DNA from: Leucoraja ocellata | Taxonomy: Eukaryota | DNA length: 64,000 nucleotides | Direction of reading: 5' to 3' | NCBI GenBank assembly: GCA_036785375.1 | Contig: JAWMAR010000033.1 | Span: forward strand, 10,912,001 to 10,976,000 | Shown here: positions 25,240-37,729 of the stretch, piece by piece | Layout: each line of letters starts with the position of its first letter | How positions within the stretch are numbered: position 1 is the first letter of the stretch | Program-made: the position numbers and the translations under genes | Notes under the pieces: generated by a model | Database searches by the model: none | Told to the model about the DNA's origin: nothing | The model's input: the letters and a program-made list of their open reading frames with translations, nothing else

Positions 25240-28200
25240 ATCTGGAGCTGAGCTGCAACGACCCTGCCTGGTACCGGCACAGCTGGGCCTGGAGACAGCC
25301 ACGTCGGCAATGATAAACCATGTTTTTGTAAAGTCCTCCTGTATGCAGTTATTTATCACGAAATGTTAAATTAAATGTGAAAGTATTGGAACTATCATCT
25401 CTGTTGATCATCCAAAACACCATACTACACCTGTCAAATCACACTTGGTTGAAGGTAATGGTTTAATGTACATGTATAGTGAGTGAGTGAGTACAACCCT
25501 TTGTGGTTGGAGTCTCTTCCTCGCAGCAAGGGCGGGTGGTCTGAGAAATCCCGTTTGGTTGACCATGGGTTGGGCCCAAGGTATTAATTGTATCACTAAT
25601 GTGTACGGAAGGTCATGTTCGTACACAAGGCCTTTGTGCTGTCTTGCTGATGCTGCTGTATACAGTTGTTGACAAGAAGGCACACATTTATGGTGCCTGG
25701 CCCAACAGATGGCATGTGGTGGTCTTTCCAACCAGAAATGAGTGAGGGGTTTGTAGGTTCATTGGCTTCTCCAAATTGTCCCTAGTGTGTAGGATAGAAC
25801 TAGTGTACGAGGTGATCGCTGGTCGATGGGTGGATGGCCCGTTTCCACATTGTATCTCTAGAATAAACTAAACGGTATGCTCTGTGGTAACAATAACAAA
25901 GCAAAGGGGGAAGCCGATGTTAAAACGATAGGAATAATGGGGGCACAAGGTGGAAATGTTCCTCATGAGATCGGGAAAAGGCAAGACGAGAACAATTAAA
26001 GGGAACATGAATAAAGGAATTAGAGCAAATTATCTGTTTAGTTTCTTCTGCCCAATGGGTTCACACTAACACAGTAAAGTCAGATAAATAAATAAAAAGT
26101 TTACTCGAAACAAAATTAGTTTGAAACAATACAAAGTGGTGGAGTTACAGGATTCAACATGTGCACTGACAGACAGACAATGATAGGTGTAGGGGGGGAG
26201 GGGGGGCATATTACTTCAGTCCCACCAACCACACAGGCACTGCAACAACCTCAAGGCAGGTTAACTGCAGGAATGTAGACACAAAGAATTGCAGGAATGT
26301 AGTCACAAAGAAATACAGATGCGGTTAATACACACAGCGCTGGAGTAACTCAGGTCAAATGAAGGAATGTGTTTAACTGCAGATGCTGGAAAATCAAAAG
26401 TAGATAAAAGATGCTGGAGAAACTCAGCGGGTGAGGCAGCATCTATGGAGTGAAGGAGATGGGTAACGTTTTGGGTTGAGACCCTTCTTCAGACTTCTTT
26501 GTAGGAATGTGTTTGTTTGCTCAGTTTATCACAAGAGCGACAGGAAAACTGGTAAATCTGGACTGCTTTCATCACACACACTCCAGGCAAGGATTGTACC
26601 CTAACGGAGAAGCCTGTCAGACAATGCTTAATTGACTTAAACGGAGGGGCAGCACTGGTCAGATGTGCAGCTCCAAACAGTTAAAGTTTTGATTCAGGGA
26701 TGTTAGGCTCAGTTTAGCATTTGTCACATTCAAGGTGAAGAGGAAAGGATTTAATAGGAATCTGAGGGGTAGTTTTTCTACACAGAGGGTAGTGGGTGTA
26801 TGGAACAAACTGCCAGAGGAGCTAGTTGAGGATAGGACAGGCTTGGAGGGATATGGACCAAGCCCAGGCAGGTGGGACGTGTTGGGCTGAAGGGCCTGTT
26901 TCTACGCTGTATCTCTCTAGACAATGATGCAGGCCCTTCGGTCCAACTTGTCCAAACTAACAAAGATGCCCCGTCTCAGCCAGTCCCATTTGGTCCCGTA
27001 TTACAGTAAACCTTTTCTGTCCATGTACCTGTCCGGAGCTGAAGGCGAGTCACTCAGTCCAGGACTATGGCAGCTGATGGGACAGTGGGGGGAGCATGTG
27101 AATGACCTGTCTGTGAGAGGCAGGTATGCTGTCCCACAGCAGAGACTGCGCTTCAAGGTAATTCATTAGCTGTCAAACACTGACATGTCAGTGGGCAGCA
27201 TGGTGGTGCTGCAGTAGAGTCAATAAACCAAACTGGAATTAGATCAACCTTCTTTGTGGACTCATCATTTGGAAGTGGACCTTTCGGCCCATCGAGTCCA
27301 TGCCATCAACCACCCATTTACACCTCTCCCTACTCATTTCCTTTTTAATGTAGTGCAGCGGTAGAACTGATGTCTCGCAGATCCGGGTTCAATCCAGACT
27401 ACGGGTGCGGTCTGTACGGAGTTTGTACGTTCTCCCCGTGACCACGTAGGCTTTCTCTGGGTACTCCAATTTACCCTCACATTCCAAAGGCGTGCAGGTT
27501 TGTACGTTAATTAGGCTTCTGCAAAATTGTAAATTGTCCCTGTTGTGTGGGATAGTGCTAGTGTACAGGGTGTTTGTCAGTGCAAACCAGCATCAACAGG
27601 CAACACAAAATGCTGGAGTAACTCCGCAGGTCAGGCAGCATATTTGGAATGGTTAGGTGACGTTTTGGGTTGGGACCCTTCCTCAAGAACATACCAGACA
27701 GTTAGAATACCAAACGAGTAATTCAAGTCGGGCAGCATCAGCGGAGGCAGATGGTCGACATTTCAGGTGCAGAGTCCTGATGCAGGGTCTTGACCCAAAA
27801 TGTCACCTCTGCCATCACAGATGCTGCTTGACCCGCTGAGTTCCTCCAGTAGTTTGTTTGTCGCTCCAGATTCCAGCATCTGCAGTCTTGTCTCGGCAAC
27901 TAGAAAGGCAGGTGCATCAAATGACAGGGAAAGCTCCTTAAATCTATGCTGGAGAGAGCTGGTAATCAAACATTGTGATGTAGTGCATTGAATCCTGAGC
28001 TGAATTAAATACCGTAGCTGTGTGAAGCAGAGCCCCATCTCCTGGTGGGAAGTCAGTAATGTCATTAACTTGTGGAAGAAGGAACTGCAGATGCTGGTTT
28101 AAACCGAAGATAGGCACAAAAAGCTGAGTAACTCAGTGGGACAGGCAGCATCTCTGGAGAGAAGGAATAGGTCTCGACCCGAAATGTCACCCAATCCTTC

Positions 28201-28656
28201 TCCCAGAGATGCTGCCTGGTCCTGCTGTGTTACTCCAGCTTTGTGTGTCTATGCCAGTAACATGGTCAATATAACAGGCACTGATACAAGGTGTGTATAG
28301 GGTAGCGTTAATGTGCGGGGGTCGATGGTCAGTGCGGATGCGGTGGGCTGAAGGACTGTATCTTACTGTATCTGTAAACTAAATCAATCCTCCCCTCTGC
28401 ACCAAGTTTGGCATTTTATCCTAATCTGTTCTCCAGCTCAGACTGTTCTCCTAATCCTTGCCCGCTATTAACCCTGTGTCCCGCCACCCTGAAGCAACCA
28501 ATAGAATGCTATTAACGGGCAATGCAGCAGGGAGAGGTCAGGTGCAGCGATATAGCCAGAAGGCACGTGGGTGCTTTAAAACACCTATCTACCTGCCTGC
28601 AGACAACCGCACCAACCCCTCGTCTTCAGCCGAGAAGTCGTTACAAAATAACAGGC

Positions 28657-28662
28657 TTTATT
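28657..28662 (-). terminator. Candidate stard7 polyadenylation signal
   Basis: AATAAA on the minus strand about 510 nt after the stop; also at 14764-14769 in copy A. Confidence 0.5.
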
Positions 28663-29174
28663 TCAAAATTCTTCACCCAATATGTGAACTGAAGGGTTGA
28701 GTGAAGTACAACAGCAACCTCGACCTCGTGTTAATCAACCAATCCGTTTAAAAAAAGAGCAGAGCGAGTATTTCCAGCACACGGTTACGGACATGCAAAC
28801 ACACCGACACACGACAGGAGAACGCCCCTCATCCCATCCCATCCATCCGGCATCAAATACAATCATCACCTCAACTGGATGCAGTCAGTTTGGTCAGCGA
28901 CTTAACCCAGGCGGGCTCTGCCCCAGTCCTGACCTAGCTCTAACCTTCCAGTTCACAAGCGGTGGCTGTTAGTACACGTCAGCAGGCAACACAACTCCTT
29001 GCACCGTAGGCCGGGGAGTCTCTCCGCCCATCTTGCACCAGTGCTGCTCTCTGCTCTGACAAGCAGTCCGATTCCTGGAAGGCTGGTGGGCCCCCAGTGG
29101 GTGATGAACCAAGGGCGCCTGGGGTGGTGGCACCTGGTGGCTGTGCCAGCCCCCGGCCTGGGCTGGGCTGGGGA

Positions 29175-29338
29175 CTAGGCGTAATCCATCTGCTGCGAGT
29201 TGCAGCTACTGTCCTTGCGCTCAGAGTGCTGCAACATGCTCTCCGAGTTCCTCACGCTGATGTAGTCCTTAATCTTGATCTCCATGTTCTTGGCTCGGAC
29301 CGCTGCCGCATGAAGTTTATCCAGGAAGTCGGGCATCC
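29175..29338 (-). CDS. stard7: stard7 terminal coding exon (164 nt)
   Basis: GMPDFLDKLHAAAVRAKNMEIKIKDYISVRNSESMLQHSERKDSSCNSQQMDYA*. The spliced CDS from ATG 38604 is 1251 nt (416 aa) and uninterrupted. Confidence 0.95.
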
Positions 29339-30559
29339 CTGCAAGGGAACCATCAGACATGGGTGTTGGTCGGGAGAGACAAGGGAGGTTAATGGTCGCA
29401 CGCACTGGGAATATTTCTCGGAAGATAAATACAAAACGCTGGAGTAACTCAGCGGGACAGGCAGCATCTCTGGAGAGAAGGAATTGGTGACGTTTCGGGT
29501 CGAGACCCTTCTTCAGGGTTAACAGAAGGGTCTCAACCCAAAAAGTCACCCATTCCTTCTCTCCAGAGATACTGCCTGTCCCGCTGAATTACCCCAGCAT
29601 TTTGTATCCATCTTCAGTTTAACATGCCTGTTAACACTCCCTCTTCTCCCCTCTCCCATCAGGCAAGAGGTAACAATGTGTGAAAATCCACACCTCCAGA
29701 TTCAGGGGCAGTTTCATCCTTTCACCAACCAGTTTTGTTTAGCCCAGAATCTACAGTCTCGTGTCCAGAGTTATCAAGTGTCCAGAGTCCAAGTATCTTA
29801 CAAAGCTTTCTGCTTACACCATCGTGCTCTGCATTGCCAAATAATTGTTGAAGATGTTACAGAGATTCATGTTGACTCACTATGTCAGTGATGCTCCACT
29901 GGTCAGCAGTGGTTAAGACATTATTGAGCTTGAAGTTCACACAGTGAGGCTAGTGCAGCATGTTGCACCATGACAGCCCTGCTGTTGCAGCCATGGGCTG
30001 CAGCACAGACTGCAACAGCAGGGCTTTCATTTCTCTCCCCCACCCCACAGCACACCCCTAGCTAGAGGAAACAAGCTCAACTAGACTTGCCACTGCTGGC
30101 TACTGAGAGCCTGCTGTGCGTGCGTGTGCACTGATGGAGAGAGATGGCACACCCCTGCTTCACCCGACTGTGACAAACGACCAGAGAGTTTCTCACTACA
30201 CTGGCCAGTGTGGTGTCAGAGACGAGGCAAGGGGTCAGCCTTGTACAACACCGTGTGGTCCCCCGGACCCCTAAGCCCACAGTGAGGAGCCGGACGTGGG
30301 AGCTCACCATAATGTGCTGCAATGGCAACTTGAATTTCACTGCACCAAGTTGGTGTATGTGACAATAAATCAACCTTTGAGTACACACCGCTGTAATGTT
30401 GCTGTCTGCTGCTGCTACTCAGAGGCCCTCCCACCAGGTGGGAACGTGCCCAGGTAAGGTGCCTGCTTGCTCACGGTGCTGTGCACGGGGCTCCTGATCC
30501 CCAGGACATGGAACCTGATGCTGGAGTCCGTGGTAAGGTTGGCAGCCGTGGTGTCGACA

Positions 30560-31820
30560 CCTCCACCCCAGCCCCACCCCACCCCAGCCCCTGGGCCCCA
30601 ACACCCCAGCCCCTGGGTCCCAACACCTCACCCCACCCCAGCCCCACCTCCACCCCAGCCCCACCCCACCCCAGCCCCTGGGTCCCAACATCTCACCCCA
30701 CCCCAGCCCCACCTCCACCCCAGCCCCACCTCCACCCCAGCCCCACCCCACCCCAGCCCCTGGGTCCCAACATCTCACCCCACCCCAGCCCCACCTCCAC
30801 CCCAGCCCCACCTCCACCCCAGCCCCACCTCCACCCCAGCCCCACCCCACCCCAGCCCCTGGGTCCCAACATCTCACCCCACCCCAGCCCCACCTCCACC
30901 CCAGCCCCACCTCCACCCCAGCCCCACCCCACCCCAGCCCCTGGGTCCCAACACCTCACCCCACCCCAGCCCCACCTCCACCCCAGCCCCACCCCACCCC
31001 AGCCCCTGGGTCCCAACACCCCACCCCATCCCCTGGGCCCCAACACCCCACCCCACCCCATCCCCTGGGCCCCAACACCTCACCCCACCCCATCCCCTGG
31101 GCCCCAACACCCCACCCCACCCCATCCCCTGGGTCCCAACACCCCACCCCATCCCCTGGGTCCCAACACCCCACCCCATCCCCTGGGCCCCAACACCCCA
31201 CCCCATCCCCTGGGCCCCAACACCCCACCCCCTGGGCCCCAACACCCCACCCCATCCCCTGGGCCCCAACACCCCACCCCATCCCCTGGGCCCCAACACC
31301 CCACCCCATCCCCTGGGCCCCAACACCCCACCCCCTGGGCCCCAACACCCCACCCCATCCCCTGGGCCCCAACACCCCACCCCATCCCCTGGGCCCCAAC
31401 ACCCCACCCCCTGGGCCCCAACACCCCACCCCATCCCCTGGGCCCCAACACCCCACCCCATCCCCTGGGCCCCAACACCCCACCCCATCCCCTGGGTCCC
31501 AACACCCCACCCCATCCCCTGGGTCCCAACACCCCACCCCATCCCCTGGGTCCCAACACCCCACCCCATCCCCTGGGCCCCAACACCCCACCCCATCCCC
31601 TGGGCCCCAACACCTCACCCCACCCCATCCCCTGGGTCCCAACACCCCACCCCATCCCCTGGGCCCCAACACCCCACCCCATCCCCTGGGTCCCAACACC
31701 CCACCCCATCCCCTGGGTCCCAACACCCCACCCCATCCCCTGGGCCCCAACACCCCACCCCATCCCCTGGGCCCCAACACCCCACCCCAGCCCCTGGGTC
31801 CTGCCACCCCCACCCCCAGG
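30560..31820 (+). repeat. Same C-rich minisatellite in copy B (~1.26 kb)
   Basis: Expanded array; it is the source of the long Pro- and Gly/Trp-rich spurious ORFs. Confidence 0.92.
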
Positions 31821-31840
31821 GATCACAGTCAGTCACTTAC

Positions 31841-31925
31841 CACTGGACATCATCCAGCTGACACAATAACGTGGGAAGACGGTCTGTGGATCATCGCTGT
31901 AGGTGAGCAGGTAATCAAAGCCGTT
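31841..31925 (-). CDS. stard7: stard7 coding exon (85 nt)
   Basis: NGFDYLLTYSDDPQTVFPRYCVSWMMSS; |gtaagt donor. Confidence 0.95.
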
Positions 31926-32532
31926 CTGTGGTACAGACGGATGGACGGACAGTGAAGAGCAAAGGGGTGAAGCCGTTACAGAAACAAGTACACATACTGG
32001 CGAACAGGACAACACAAAGCAACGCGTCCAGTCTCGATGCAGACTGGTGCCCCTCACATCAGCCCAACACTCTCCTCACTTGTTAAACAAACTACACCAG
32101 CCCTTGCGCGGTGAGAAAACGCCAGCATTTTAATACATTTCATAAATTGGTGCTGCCTCGCCCGCTGAGTTTCCCCAGCATTTTGTGTATACCTTCTTGC
32201 ATTGCTTGTGGAGTACAAGATAAGGTGAGAGCCAGACGCCCCATCGCACGCTGGTTTCAGCAGACAATCCTACATTACTGTCACTACAAGCCTCTACATC
32301 CAGATTCCAACAGCAGCAGCATTTATTTTGCACTATTTTGTACCCATTATCTCCTCTGTACACACTGTGGGCGGCTATTGTTTTTATCTTTGACTGGATA
32401 GCACGCAACAAAAGCTGTACCTCGCTACACGTGACAATAATAAACTAGACCCCCCCCCCACTCTTGCACACTGGTCTGGCTCGACTTGTGGAACCCCAAC
32501 ATCACTGTTCTATGTGCAATACCCAACCTTAC

Positions 32533-32632
32533 CTCATCAAATGACCGGTGTGGCTTGATGACCATCCGGGACTCGTACGACGTGACCCGCACACAGTTGG
32601 GGTGTTCGGGCACATGCGGATGCTCCACAGCC
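32533..32632 (-). CDS. stard7: stard7 coding exon (100 nt)
   Basis: RAVEHPHVPEHPNCVRVTSYESRMVIKPHRSFDE; |gtaagg donor. Confidence 0.95.
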
Positions 32633-33393
32633 CTGCCCAAAACAGATGAGATATCACACTCCCTCACTGTTATACCTTGCCCCAAGCTGCCCACAACTCC
32701 ACATCATCCATTTCAAGAGCGAATTAGAATTAGCTCTTAGGGCTAACGGAATCAGGGGATATGGGGGAAAAGCAGGAACGGGGTACTGATTGTGGATGAT
32801 CAGCCATGATCACATTGAATGGCAGTGCAGGCTCGAAGGGCCGAGTGGCCTACTCCTGCACCAATTGTCTATGTTTCTGCCCTCTTCCTGATACTGGATA
32901 CCGAGGATCCAAGACATTATAGATGTTAGATGGAAGAATGGATTGGAGATAAGTGTGTAACACTGGAGTTTACACCCTGCACTGAGAATCAGCAAAAAAA
33001 ACCTTCGGCCCATCCAGTCCTTGCCAAGATTCTGTCCCTCGAGTCTGTAATTAGACTCTATGCAGAGACTGCATGGTGGCGCAGCGGTAGAGTTGCTGCA
33101 ACCCAAGTTTGATCTAGACTACGGGTGCTGTCTGTACAGAGTTTGTATGGTTTCCCTGTGACCGAGTGGGTGCTCTGGTTTCCTCCCACATTGCAAACAC
33201 GTGCAGGTTTGTAGGTTCATTAACTTCTGTAAATTGTTCCTTGCGTGTGGGAAAGTGCTAGTGTACTGGTCAGCGTGGACTCGGTGGGCCAAAGTGCCTG
33301 ATTCCAAACTAAACTAACCTAAGTGAATGTGAGGGAATGTTGAGTCCAGCGTGTATTGTGCATCAATAAAGAGAGAAGTCCACACATCCTCAC

Positions 33394-33476
33394 CTGGATA
33401 ACATCACCATTGTGTTGTTTTGTTCGTCCACATGGTAGCGTCTGATGTAGAGGTAATCCCTCGAGTACATGGGGTA
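33394..33476 (-). CDS. stard7: stard7 coding exon (83 nt)
   Basis: YPMYSRDYLYIRRYHVDEQNNTMVMLS; ctgcag| acceptor and |gtgagg donor. Confidence 0.95.
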
Positions 33477-34285
33477 CTGCAGATGGAGTCAAACACACAA
33501 ATGGTTAGCTTGCTATAGGCTGGTTATTAATTTATTGTGTATCTCTCTGCTTGTTATTATGTAATGGCCCTACAAAGCTGCAGTGTGTAAGAGTTTCACT
33601 GATCCCATGCCGATACGTGTGACAAATAAACACCCTTGTCTCATCACTACCATTATGCATCACCTTTCCTTCACTTTTAATCACATCCTGTAACTGAAGA
33701 AGATCTGACCTCTGTCTTTCCACTGGATAACTCAGTGCTGACAATGGCCTGCACATCTGAAACGTGCAGTATCTGATCATAGCCAGGGAGCAAGATAAAT
33801 CTGGAGCTGGCCTGCTGTGTTTCTACACAATAACATGCGTTCCACAGATAAGGACACCCCCCCAACATAGCAACATGTTGAACACAAGCACCCAGAGGGA
33901 GAAACAAAACTCAACATCACATTCTTCGCTGAAGTTTGGTGAAGACGTTAAAAATATGAATTGATCTGTCTGTCTGGATGGATGGATGACTTTATTGAGT
34001 GAAGGGCATGCTGGTGGAGGCAGAGACCATGGGGGCATTTAAGAGGCTTTTGGATAGGCAACATGGATATGCAGGGAATGGAGGAGAATATATCATGTAC
34101 AGGCAGGGTAGATTAGTTTAATGACAGCATGTTGGGCATGAACATTGTGGGCGGAAGGACCTGTTACTGCAGTCTTCAACCTTCTCTCCTGAGTGGCTGC
34201 ATTAAACACCTTTAGCACCTCTTAATGAACTCTTAAAGCAAGTCTCATTTGCCTCCCGCTCCAACGATAGTGGCATTGAAGTGCC

Positions 34286-34500
34286 AGTAGACAAAAGTGC
34301 TGGAGTAATTCAGCGGGTGCAGCAGCATCTATGGAGCGAAGGAAATAGGCAACGTTTCTATTTCCTTCAGACTGAAGAAGGGGTTTCAACCCGAAACGTT
34401 GCCTATTTCCTTCGCTCCATAGATGCTGCTGCACCCGCTGAGTTTCTCCAGCACTTTTGTCTACCTTCGATTTTCCAGCATCTGCAGTTCCTTCTTAAAC
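34286..34500. mobile_element. Palindromic Penelope-derived unit with 13-bp TSD
   Basis: Inverted arms flanked by GCATTGAAGTGCC at 34273-34285 and 34501-34513. Confidence 0.85.
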
Positions 34501-34852
34501 GCATTGAAGTGCCGTTTGGATAGGCACGTGGATGCGGAGGGAATGGAGGGATTTGGATCACGTGCAGGTAGTGGAGATTAGTTAATCTGGGATCTGTCAG
34601 AATAAGGGTCTCAATCCTAAACGTCACCCAGACATGCTGCCTGTCCCGCTGAGTTACTCCTCTATCTTTGGTTTAAACCAGCATCTACAGTTCCTTCATA
34701 CATTGTTAATGGGTGCACAGATCTGCTCATGATGTACAATGGTTCAGGTGCAGATGCAGGTGCAGGAGCAGGAGCGGGCAGCAGGTAAGCTAGTGGGAAC
34801 CACCAGAGGGAGGAGCATGGTGCAGAGACAACAAGACGGCAGCCGTGCTTAC

Positions 34853-34963
34853 CGGGAAATGTGTGACCCAGTGGACAACCTCGGAGCCGGACGCCTCATC
34901 TCGCTCCACCACTTCCAGCTTAATCACCAGCTCGTCCCATTTCTTCCTGTACTCCGTGTCCAG
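34853..34963 (-). CDS. stard7: stard7 coding exon (111 nt)
   Basis: LDTEYRKKWDELVIKLEVVERDEASGSEVVHWVTHFP (START domain); acacag| acceptor and |gtaagc donor. Confidence 0.95.
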
Positions 34964-35687
34964 CTGTGTGGAGAGACTCCATTAGTCCATGCGGCAGAGA
35001 GAGGCTTTCTTCCAACAGCAGCAGCAGGGGGAGTAACCCAGGGAATGGTCACCTGCCACCCCTTGGCCCAGGACCCAAGGCGGTAAATGATCCTGACCAC
35101 GGGTCAAGCTGGGGTCAGATGAGCTGAAGGAGAGGCGTGACTGGGGTCAGAGCTGGTGCTCAGACTGTGCGACGGGTGGCAAAGGCGGGCGGTGAGGAGG
35201 GAGAGCGAGGTGGCATGGCGGGCGGGCGGGCTCCAGGGAGGCTGCCTCCCATGGACAACGTCCCAACATCAACAGCAGACAGCGCGAGAGGGGAAGGCTG
35301 GACACACACAACAGTGAGGGAAGAGAAGGGACGGCTCATTGTACAGTGAAAAGCTTTTGTTGCGTGCTAACCAGTCAGTAGAAAGACAAGACATGATTAC
35401 AATCGAGCCATTGACAGTGTAGGAGTAGAGATTTAAGAGTGTGGAGCGATTGTAATGTGTGATTGTAGAACTGCTGCTGTGGCGAGCTCACTAATAGTCG
35501 CTGGGTTGAGCCACCTCTTCGTGGGGAGAAAGGGTTCCGAATGTGAAGACAAGAATACGCCACTTCCCAGTTATATTGTCAATCCTTTCACTGAATGAAC
35601 TGAATAAGATGCAACATTACACCTCCTGCACTCTGTAGGATTCATTCACCCTGTAGTGTCTGCTCGCCACACCATGATCAGACATAC

Positions 35688-35737
35688 CTGCACATTGAAG
35701 AACTGCCGTGGGGTAACGTCCGTGTATGTTCCATAAA
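35688..35737 (-). CDS. stard7: stard7 coding exon (50 nt)
   Basis: VYGTYTDVTPRQFFNVQ; ccacag| acceptor and |gtatgt donor. Confidence 0.95.
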
Positions 35738-36273
35738 CTGTGGAGGAGAAGACAAACAAATCAATGTCCTTTTCTAAATTAAAGTAAGGGAAAGTATCCC
35801 ACGCCAGGGGGCCATATGAGTGGCACGGGTGGGGGACATTTTTGTGGAACTTAAAAGACTTATAAACGGTATTGAACAATCTCTATAGCCGACGAAAATG
35901 CTGGATGGAATTTTCGCACTGTGAACACATTGTATATATTTATTACTTGGACAGGGGCCACAGAGTGGCACGGGTTGGTTGGGGGACAGTTTGGTGGAAT
36001 TTGACAAATGTAAAAAATTGTACTGGAAAAATTTGTATAGTCTCCGAAAATGTCAGATGAATTTTGTTTGTTCGAATGGTTCAGGAATTGTATATATTTA
36101 TCAATTGAATAAAGTCTATTTTGAAATTTAAAAAAATTAAAAAATGTCCTTGTCTCTCAACAACGGCACGACGTAGCTCTACAGGACCAACGTTGGTTGG
36201 GCTTTGGTAGGGAAGGGGTGTGTGTGGTGGTAGTGCCGTCCCTGGTAGAGGGGTGAGTGCGGGAGTGCCGTAC

Positions 36274-36452
36274 CTCGGTACTGGTAGAGGTGGCTGCCCG
36301 GGATAGGCCGGCGCCACAGTCGGAAGCTGCACTGGGCCATCACCAGCTCCCACGCATTGCCGTGCCGGTGATGTTCCTCGCATGACACGGGTGCTCTCCC
36401 CGGCGGCTTCTCCTCCATCAGCGAGTCCACGTCTCTGAAATCATTCACGCAC
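36274..36452 (-). CDS. stard7: stard7 coding exon (179 nt)
   Basis: CVNDFRDVDSLMEEKPPGRAPVSCEEHHRHGNAWELVMAQCSFRLWRRPIPGSHLYQYR; AG/GT boundaries and phases are consistent. Confidence 0.92.
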
Positions 36453-37729
36453 CTGCACCACAGAAGCAACCGTTCACAACATGGGGCAATGGGCTGAGAA
36501 AATAAACCCCCAAACATCCAGTCCCCAACTCCCCCGACATCCCCACTATCACACACACAACAGCACACAATCAACAAGGCAAGCACACTGTACAGACATT
36601 ACAGTCACCACCAAAGATCTTATAGTCACCACATTCACAGCAGAAGCATGCAGCCTTCAGCCCAGACATCCCTACACCCAGGCACTCCCTCTGTCTCCCC
36701 TCCAGACTGTCCCCCTCCCTCCCCAATCCTTCTCGTCTCCTTAATGATCCCCGCTCCCTGCACCCCATACTCTTCTGCCTGGTCAGCCCCACCTTCTCTT
36801 GCTATCTACCTCCCCACCCCCGCACTCACCACCTCTGCACAGCCCGTCCTGCCTGTCCCAACCTCGCCCCTGTCCCCTTCCGCCCTGTCCACCCCCTCCA
36901 ATCTGCTGCCCATTTCTGCACCCCACCCCCTCTTGTGTCCTGCTTGCCCCACTCCCCTCACTGCCCGCCCCCTAACACTGACATCACTCCCGTTCTGCAC
37001 CCCACCCCCTCTTGTGTCCTGCTTGCCCCACTCCCCTCACTGCCCGCCCCCTAACACTGACATCACTCCCGTTCTGCACCCCCTCCCCTTCAGCGTGACT
37101 CCTTCTCACCTTCGTGCCGTGTTGCTTTCTCACCGTTTATCAGCTGACAGGCCCGGCCCACCCCAATGCTAACATTATGTTTCCATTTTATCTTGCCGTT
37201 GTTTCTGAAGGTCACGTCACAGTTGCAACACAGACTCCAGCCACTCAACTAAACTGCTGCTGTTTATGAGATCGTTTAGTTTGGAGATACAGCGCGGAAA
37301 CAGGCCCTTCGGCCCACCAGGTCCGGGCCAGCCAGCGATCCCCACACACTAACACCATCCTACACACACTAGGGACAATTTTTACATTTACCAAGCCAAT
37401 TAACCTACAAACCTGTACGTCTTTGGAGTGTGGGAGGAAACCAAAGATCTCAGAGAAAACCCACGCTGTCACTGTGAGAATGTAAAATCTCCGTACCGAC
37501 AGCGCCCGTAGTCAGGATCAAACCTGGGTCTCCGGCGGCGTGAGGCAGCAACTCTACTGCTGCCCAACGATCTTTCATCTTCTACCCTGCCCTCCATCTG
37601 TTTACCATCAGCATCTTGCTCTATCTTCTCCAAACCTTTGCGACATGACCGTCAGAAAAACGTACAAGCAGAAACAAGCAAGTCTAGACTCGTCCTCAAA
37701 CACCTTTAGAAATGTCAAGACTACTAGAC

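Larger units (their letters stand above)
18954..33402 (+). repeat. Copy B of the duplicated segment
   Basis: Starts right after the gap (ctatgtgggtggaggagaacggg, matching ~5520) and runs without a break into the rest of stard7. Confidence 0.95.

Noticed and set aside
30467-31869. Long 460-aa Pro/His-rich ORFs, their Gly/Trp-rich antisense ORFs, and the equivalents at 16419-17278
   Set aside because: They are translations of a stop-free intronic minisatellite that is open in most frames and differs in length between copies.
18954-33402. Interpreting the duplication as a novel pgam2/stard7 gene-family expansion
   Set aside because: The breakpoint coincides with a scaffolding gap and each extra gene copy is incomplete; haplotype overlap is more parsimonious until read depth says otherwise.
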